From: Amoeboradix gromovi X-113
Lineage: Eukaryota; Fungi; Sanchytriomycota
Direction: 5' to 3'
Assembly (NCBI GenBank): GCA_018985225.1
Contig: JADGIF010000243.1
Coordinates: 1-12,995, forward strand
Length of the DNA: 12,995 bases
The notes beneath the pieces were generated by a model. The model was not told the DNA's origin, ran no database searches, and saw only the letters and a program-made list of their open reading frames with translations. Within the stretch, counting starts at the first letter, position 1. Each line of letters begins with the position of its first letter. Position numbers and translations under genes: made by a program. Of the stretch, positions 7,638-12,995 are shown piece by piece.

Positions 7638-8417
7638 TTATTGGTTTATGTTTTCCAAGTGCGCTGTGCCTCTCTCCCAATAATAGATCTTTGAATTCAC
7701 AATGGTACAATGGGTGTGCTTCAGCTTGTATATTAATGCACCAATAAATCCTTTTTGGCTGCAGATGCAGTTTGACATTTTGTTTTCGTCTAAGCCTTTA
7801 CAGCAATTGGCTACAATAAATTCATTGCAATTACCAAAAACATCAGAGAATTTAATCACAGCCGGCAATTGGATATTGGATGGCATTATTTGATTGCTCA
7901 ACAGTGGTGGTAGATCCTTATTAAGCACTGCCAAAGCAATGCCAAACTTCTTAGTTCTAGTAGTGTCGATGATGTTATTCTCCTTTATAGCAAGTTTATA
8001 GATGGATTTCAATTCTCTTGGTTTTGATAACCTTGGGCTGATAATCGGATAATGGGGATAAGTGCTTAATAGTAAGGGTATGTTGCTCAGCGTATATCTG
8101 TTTAGTTCGTGTATCGGCAAATCCATGTCAACTTCAAAGCCTACATTGTTCCACAAGTTCAAATGGTACTCAATTCTTTTGATGCAATTTTCTCTTTCTA
8201 GATTTTGTTTAAAAATAGTAAAATGACACAGTTTGTCTAGAATGTTAAAAAATTCAATTTCGTCCATAACAGCTGGAGAGGCATTACAAAACACCTTGAA
8301 TGCGTTGGATTTCATGAAATCTAATAAATATGAATCTCTGTTGAGCATAGCACTTAATTCTTCCAAGTTGCACGATTTTCCAGTAACTAATCCAATTTCT
8401 TGCGAAAACAGTTCCAT
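7638..8417 (-). CDS. Hypothetical protein (259 aa)
   Basis: Long ATG-TAA ORF with AATAAA overlapping the stop and a Cys-rich C-terminal part. No family recognised. Confidence 0.8.
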   Translation of the reverse strand: MELFSQEIGLVTGKSCNLEELSAMLNRDSYLLDFMKSNAFKVFCNASPAVMDEIEFFNILDKLCHFTIFKQNLERENCIKRIEYHLNLWNNVGFEVDMDLPIHELNRYTLSNIPLLLSTYPHYPIISPRLSKPRELKSIYKLAIKENNIIDTTRTKKFGIALAVLNKDLPPLLSNQIMPSNIQLPAVIKFSDVFGNCNEFIVANCCKGLDENKMSNCICSQKGFIGALIYKLKHTHCTIVNSKIYYWERGTAHLENINQ

Positions 8418-8985
8418 AATTTGGCCTCGACCTAATTTTTTAGTTTAAATATTGCAGTGGTTGCTCACGCCTTCCCTAACCTAGGTTTAAATAAATATGG
8501 ATACATGTACTTCGAATATATTCTCTTAATGCTATATTATCTCTATTAGTACCAAATAGCAGAGTACCGCGTCTTTACAGGTGTGATCGAATGCTTCATC
8601 ACATTCACCAATGTCTTTCCTTTCTTTGAACAGCAATTTCGTTTTTACATCGCTTTAATTTTGTGGCTGCGCAAGAATGTTTTTATCTATTTTGATGCAT
8701 TTCAGAACTTGTTAAGAGGTGAAAGCATACAAGGATAACTTGACATTGAATTTCAAACTCACCCACATGCAATCATTTAAAATTATCCTACTTTATATTA
8801 CCCAAGACTGCAGTGGAAACGTTTCTAGTTTTCATTTTGTGAGCCTTAGCCTTGTGCTTGCCAATTATTATCATGGCGCCAGTTTTAAAACACCTTGGAT
8901 TTCTAGTGCCTCAAATATTCTGCATAACGATTGCCTATTTACTAGAGCCCCTGCTTTGTTCACAAATCAGTTGGGAAAGTGAAAC

Positions 8986-9531
8986 ATGGGATTTAAATCT
9001 GGGACAAACAGTAAAGCATCAGCTGCAAAGGAAAAGAAAAAAGAGGTTCAAAAAGCGAAGGAAAAATTAAAGCAAGAACAGCTTGAAGAAGAGTTAAAAG
9101 ACAAGTGGGAAAAAGGATCGAAAAAAGTATCTAAAAGAGAGTTGGAATTAGAGAAGAGACAACAGCAAATATTTGAGAAAAAGGAAAGAGAAGAAATATT
9201 GAGAAAAGAACAGGCATCAATAAAGAGTTATGCTGCAAAAAATGTAGCTGATGCAATTGATTTATTTCAAAAAGAAAAAGTGGATAGACATCCTGAGAGA
9301 AGAGTGAAAGCAGCCTTTGAAGCCTATAAGGTACGCAGATTAAAGGAGTTGAGGTCTGAGAATTCAACTTTAAGGTTGTCGCAGTTGGAAGAGATTATTT
9401 GGAAGGAGTTTAAAAAGAGCCCTGATAATCCAATGAACCAAACCAATGCTTCGTATAACACAAAACAGGTGGATTTAGACAAAATGAATGAGGAATTATC
9501 AGAAAAGAAACTAGAAGGCCTGGAAATGTAG
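8986..9531 (+). CDS. CCDC124: CCDC124/Lso2/Oxs1-family coiled-coil, ribosome-associated protein
   Basis: N-terminal G.NSK...AKEKK and C-terminal DRHPERRVKAAF...LRLSQL...IWKEFKKSPDNPMNQ are family signature motifs. Confidence 0.93.
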   Translation: MGFKSGTNSKASAAKEKKKEVQKAKEKLKQEQLEEELKDKWEKGSKKVSKRELELEKRQQQIFEKKEREEILRKEQASIKSYAAKNVADAIDLFQKEKVDRHPERRVKAAFEAYKVRRLKELRSENSTLRLSQLEEIIWKEFKKSPDNPMNQTNASYNTKQVDLDKMNEELSEKKLEGLEM

Positions 9532-9652
9532 TTGCTTCCTTTTTAACAGAATAAAAACTTAAATCAAAACTCAGAATTAGACAATAAATCAGATGCGTGT
9601 TGTATGAAGACAGTTAGTGTCACACAATGCAATTCAATTGAATTCAAAATAT

Positions 9653-10414
9653 TTACTTGGCTAAAATTCCGTTTAAAGGCAATGCTTCATTGTCTTCTTC
9701 TAAAAATGGCTCAATCGATTCAGCTACCTCATCAATTTTCCGAAAATGATAAAATGATAAGTATGATCCCAAAATGCCCATCAGACCACCAAAAAAAACA
9801 TCTTCTATATGATGATGGTAATCAAGGATTCTGGAAAGCGAAATATAAGCAGCTAGCCAAAGCGGTAAAAAACTTAAAATTCTAGCGTAATTACCCAAAT
9901 GGCCATATTTACTATAAATAAGTAATGAAAGATAGCCTAATCCAGCATATGACATGCTAGAGTGGCCACTGGGAAAAGATTTGCGGCCGTTGATTGTCAA
10001 GTAATTGCTTTCATCGTGACATCCCTTAGAATAAAACGGGTGCATGTAATCATATGATCGATTGCTGGGATATTCAGGCTCACAGACAGAGATAAAATGA
10101 GGTCTCAATCTGCCAACAGAGACCTTAATTATTGTTGTCAGGTTCTCAACAAGTCCAGTACCAATCATCAAACCACATAAAGAATTAAAAGAATCTCTTT
10201 GCTTAATGGCTAAGATAATAAAAAATGGAATAACAATTGAAAGCAAGATTAGCATAACATCTGAGACTGTTGATGGTAACAGTGGATATTGAAGCGAAGC
10301 ATCATCTAAGAAAAATGCTTGCTTGACCGGAGGTATCAATTCTAAGATAGATCTCAGAGTCCATAAAGCCAGAACTAATATCACCGGCGGAAGTAGTTCG
10401 AATCTCCACTGCAT
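9653..10414 (-). CDS. DPP1: PAP2-family lipid phosphate phosphatase (Dpp1/Lpp1-like)
   Basis: All three catalytic motifs are present (KVSVGRLRP, SFPSGHSS, SRILDYHHHIED), plus about 6 hydrophobic segments. Confidence 0.93.
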   Translation of the reverse strand: MQWRFELLPPVILVLALWTLRSILELIPPVKQAFFLDDASLQYPLLPSTVSDVMLILLSIVIPFFIILAIKQRDSFNSLCGLMIGTGLVENLTTIIKVSVGRLRPHFISVCEPEYPSNRSYDYMHPFYSKGCHDESNYLTINGRKSFPSGHSSMSYAGLGYLSLLIYSKYGHLGNYARILSFLPLWLAAYISLSRILDYHHHIEDVFFGGLMGILGSYLSFYHFRKIDEVAESIEPFLEEDNEALPLNGILAK

Positions 10415-10734
10415 GAAAAATTACATAAAAGATCAGGAGACATCTTAAAGACGATTGTGACTAAGGATGTACTGGCTTTGAATCTGCTTCTCACTAGATT
10501 TGCACGATTTACAGCGTATTTTGCAGATGTTGTAGTATAAACCCATTCTTCACATGATCTTTTGGGGTACAAAGATCTACATAAACACCATTTATAAGAA
10601 CCTATTGACAGGAAAGGTAGCTGGTGCCATGAAATAGTAATTTTTGAGATTAAAAGATATTTCAATTCGACCTGATAGTTACCCAAGCCTTTGTATCTTC
10701 ACCTACTCGAATAAATGGGATTTAGTAAGGTGAG

Positions 10735-11220
10735 TTAAGGGCATTCTGTGAATTTCCTTAATTGATAGTGCTTCTCCGTTACTTGGAATGCGCTAACACC
10801 CTGCTCTATTAGACACCATCTCAATAATTTAAGATATAAAGGCATAATCAACATCTCGTTGAGATAGCAACTTAAAAGAAACCCACCAAATTGAAGTGGA
10901 TCAGGATCTTCAACATTCAAAATCACAATAGAGATCATTAATGTGGCAACTAGTATACAGAGCATAAATAACACGCAGAGACTACTTTTCCCAATCAATG
11001 GGCAATTAAGGAATTTGTAACGTAAACCGGATCCTGCCAACTGTTTAACAAACAAACCAGGATGTATTGGACAATAAAAACTACTTGAGTGATTCATAAT
11101 ACAAGCATCTATGGCATTAATTACATAATACTAGTTCTGGGCGCTACAAAGGAAAGATGCAACTGAGATGAAAGCTTTTCATAAATTTTCTACAGGGATA
11201 TGTAAATAAATCCCCGGTAT
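10735..11220 (-). pseudogene. Possible decayed membrane-protein gene
   Basis: 120-aa ORF with two hydrophobic segments. The same frame continues upstream through two stops (IPGIYLHIPVENL*KAFISVASFLCSAQN*YYVINAIDACI-MNH). Family not recognised. Confidence 0.3.
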
Positions 11221-11758
11221 TATACCTTAACTATGATAGTACTCAAAGGTTCAGCCTTTTTATCCATTAGTGTTTGAATCTTCACTTATATCTCATTCAT
11301 AGTTCTTATATCAGCACCACAAATTCTAACCAAATGACTTGGGAGATGTAAGTTTTCTTTCGTCTTTAAATTTAAATGTGATGCCCTTGAGAGAACAAAT
11401 GTTTAAAACAGTCTGGCCTGTTTTTAATTCCTCCGTATCTAAAAACAGTTCGTGATTTTGGTACAGCACTAATCATTAAGACTCCATGATAATTTTTTTA
11501 TTCCGGTGCTTTAAAAAAGATATAAATTAAGCATATACAACAGCCAAACCCCAAAATGCTCTCTGTGTCAACAGCGTTATTCAGGTACAAATTGATAACT
11601 GCAGTAGTATCATGAAGCCACTGATGTACCGGCTTATCTTAAGAAAGAGAAGATACTAGACAATTTAAGAGGGCGTCACTTTCCAATTTTGCTTTTAAAT
11701 ACTCAAGTCTTGTAGCATAACTCCGTTCTTTTGTCTGCAACATTCAATTGTGTAAATG

Positions 11759-11826
11759 GGACGCACTCTATGATTTCTAGACTAGGGGCAGATCTAGTAG
11801 AAATACATAGGTCCAATATCATGTCA
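11759..11826 (-). ncRNA. Candidate Fanzor1 omegaRNA scaffold
   Basis: Between the stop codon and the element end the minus strand folds as GGAC-CTATG-t-ATTTCTA-CTAG-(atctgccc)-CTAG-tc-TAGAAAT-CATAG-agtgc-GTCC, giving 20 Watson-Crick pairs over 11759-11814. Confidence 0.7.
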
Positions 11827-12400
11827 CTATGCAGCGACACTTTGTTGCCACAAAGGTTTTTCATTAAAAAGTAGATAAGATTCTACTACTTCCATAATAC
11901 TATATACAGCATTCACATCTCGATCCAACGTTACGAGGCAATGTTCACATTGTCGTAATCGAAGTCTTCTAGAGCGAATTTTAATCCATTTTTTATCTTC
12001 ATTCAAGTGATGACATCCCGAACAAGATTTTGATGTTCTGAATTCAGGTGTCACGATTACCAAGATCCTTTTAGATAAAGCATAAGCTAACTTTTTGTTC
12101 ATGACAGATTCACATCCGTGGCTATTATGTTTATAAGACCCATCTCCATAATAAATGACTTTCTTCTTATTCTTTTTGATTTTGGTGTATCTTGTCTTTT
12201 TTGTCTTATGATCATTAAAAGACATATTGGTCGCCATCACTTGTCCACATTGAATTCTCATGTCTTAATGCACGTTTTAAAGTCATTGTAATAATTTTAC
12301 AATTGGAAACAATCTTAATATCACAAAATCGTTTTTGATCTGACTCTACAAAGTCTGGAGGACGTTTCACTTTAATGTATTTTGATCTAAATATAAAATA
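11827..12400 (-). pseudogene. Internally deleted Fanzor1 (eukaryotic TnpB-like RNA-guided nuclease)
   Basis: C-terminus VIYYGDGS...G...KKLAYALSKRILVIVTPEFRTSKSCSGC...RLRQCEHCLVTLDRDVNA...KP matches the Fanzor1 RuvC-II (E), CxxC/CxxC Zn finger and RuvC-III (D). In another frame upstream lies an N-terminus-like stub, KVKRPPDF...KIITMTLKRALR. RuvC-I and most of REC/WED are absent. Confidence 0.88.
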
Positions 12401-12898
12401 GACATCGAGTTCATTTTACTATAGAATACTTTATTTCTTCAAGCTAAACCTCGTTTCTTTTTCCAACAATGTAACATTTTATTGAAACAATCTCCCAGTC
12501 TCGTTTTCATAGAGTGCGTCCTAAATGTTCTAGTTACGTTCCAAACCGTATCTTTTACTTTATTTCAATCCAATCGCTTTAAATTGGTACTATCCACTCT
12601 ACTTGCATTTATGAACCTTTTCATTTCGTATCACGAAATCTTATATAATTTGAAAACAAGTTGAAAGAAATTTGGGACATCAAATATAAAAATTGGACTA
12701 ACTTTGTGTAACAAGTTGGAACATTATTTCAGCTCTATTAATTTTATGGATTCAAGAGGCGAGTGGACATTCAGCTAGTTGCGGAGTTGACGAGTATAAA
12801 AGGAAAGTAAATAACTTTTTGTATCGATATTTCAAAAATAAATATTCTGTACAGCTATTCTCTTACTCTTTCATCCAATCTTTATTTCAAATAAACCT

Positions 12899-12937
12899 CT
12901 GATTCATAATACTGATTCATAATACTGATTCATAATA
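12899..12937. repeat. Perfect 13-bp tandem repeat (ctgattcataata x3)
   Basis: Read directly at 12899-12911, 12912-12924 and 12925-12937. Confidence 0.95.
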
Positions 12938-12995
12938 GGGTATATTTTCATTTAAGAACTATCCAGAAAGAACTGTCTTGCACATAAATAGAGAC

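Larger units (their letters stand above)
11759..12521 (-). mobile_element. Non-autonomous Fanzor1-carrying TIR transposon, 763 bp, 6-bp TSD
   Basis: Perfect inverted repeat ggacgcactctatga (11759-11773) / tcatagagtgcgtcc (12507-12521), extending imperfectly to about 30 bp (shared c.agact.gg.g). Identical taaatg immediately outside both ends (11753-11758 and 12522-12527). Fanzor coding remnant inside. Confidence 0.9.

Noticed and set aside
8550-8740. About 60-codon open frame on the + strand without an ATG, possibly a spliced exon
   Set aside because: No convincing splice arrangement yields a sensible protein, and no family similarity was recognised.
3841-9885. Nested or antisense ORFs (3841-4059, 4620-4862, 4805-5146, 7702-7893, 8233-8448, 8852-9070, 9131-9367, 9604-9885)
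   Set aside because: They are shadows of longer, better-supported genes.
12440-12640. Minus-strand frame *YEMKRFI...STNLKRLD*NKV...HSMKTRLGDC resembling a Tc1/mariner transposase C-terminus upstream of the Fanzor
   Set aside because: The frame crosses the TIR/TSD boundary at 12521, the SMKTRL part is simply TIR sequence, no SPDLNPIE-like motif precedes it, and the 6-bp TSD does not fit Tc1/mariner.
11170-12640. In-frame TGA codons in decayed frames suggesting TGA=Trp recoding
   Set aside because: Conserved genes use TGG for Trp and are open in the standard code; the TGAs occur only in degenerate or non-coding frames.
12899-12937. Tandem repeats here and at 4344-4381 as a possible CRISPR-like array
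   Set aside because: The units are directly adjacent with no spacers; these are ordinary slippage duplications.

Overview
AT-rich, gene-dense window that looks eukaryotic and fungus-like, with compact, apparently intronless genes. Recognisable host genes are a CBM48/Mdg1-Crp1-like protein, a PQ-loop cystinosin/Ers1-like transporter, CCDC124/Lso2 and a PAP2 lipid phosphate phosphatase; there are also several orphan or secreted ORFs. Between them lie four non-autonomous relics of RNA-guided OMEGA (Fanzor/TnpB) transposons from two classes. (i) A 763-bp Fanzor1 element (11759-12521) has a 15-bp perfect TIR, a perfect 6-bp TSD (TAAATG), an internally deleted Fanzor1 ORF, and a 3' hairpin (candidate omegaRNA) built partly from the TIR. 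(ii) Three diverged copies (about 1029-1453 +, about 1993-2473 +, 6030-6454 -) of an IS607-like/Fanzor2 element each keep the left end, a MerR-type HTH stub, a TnpB C-terminal stub and a conserved structured 3' end, and each runs into a different flank (candidate guide). Two related small glycine-rich secreted-type peptide genes are interleaved with these elements. All alignments were done by eye; no searches were run.
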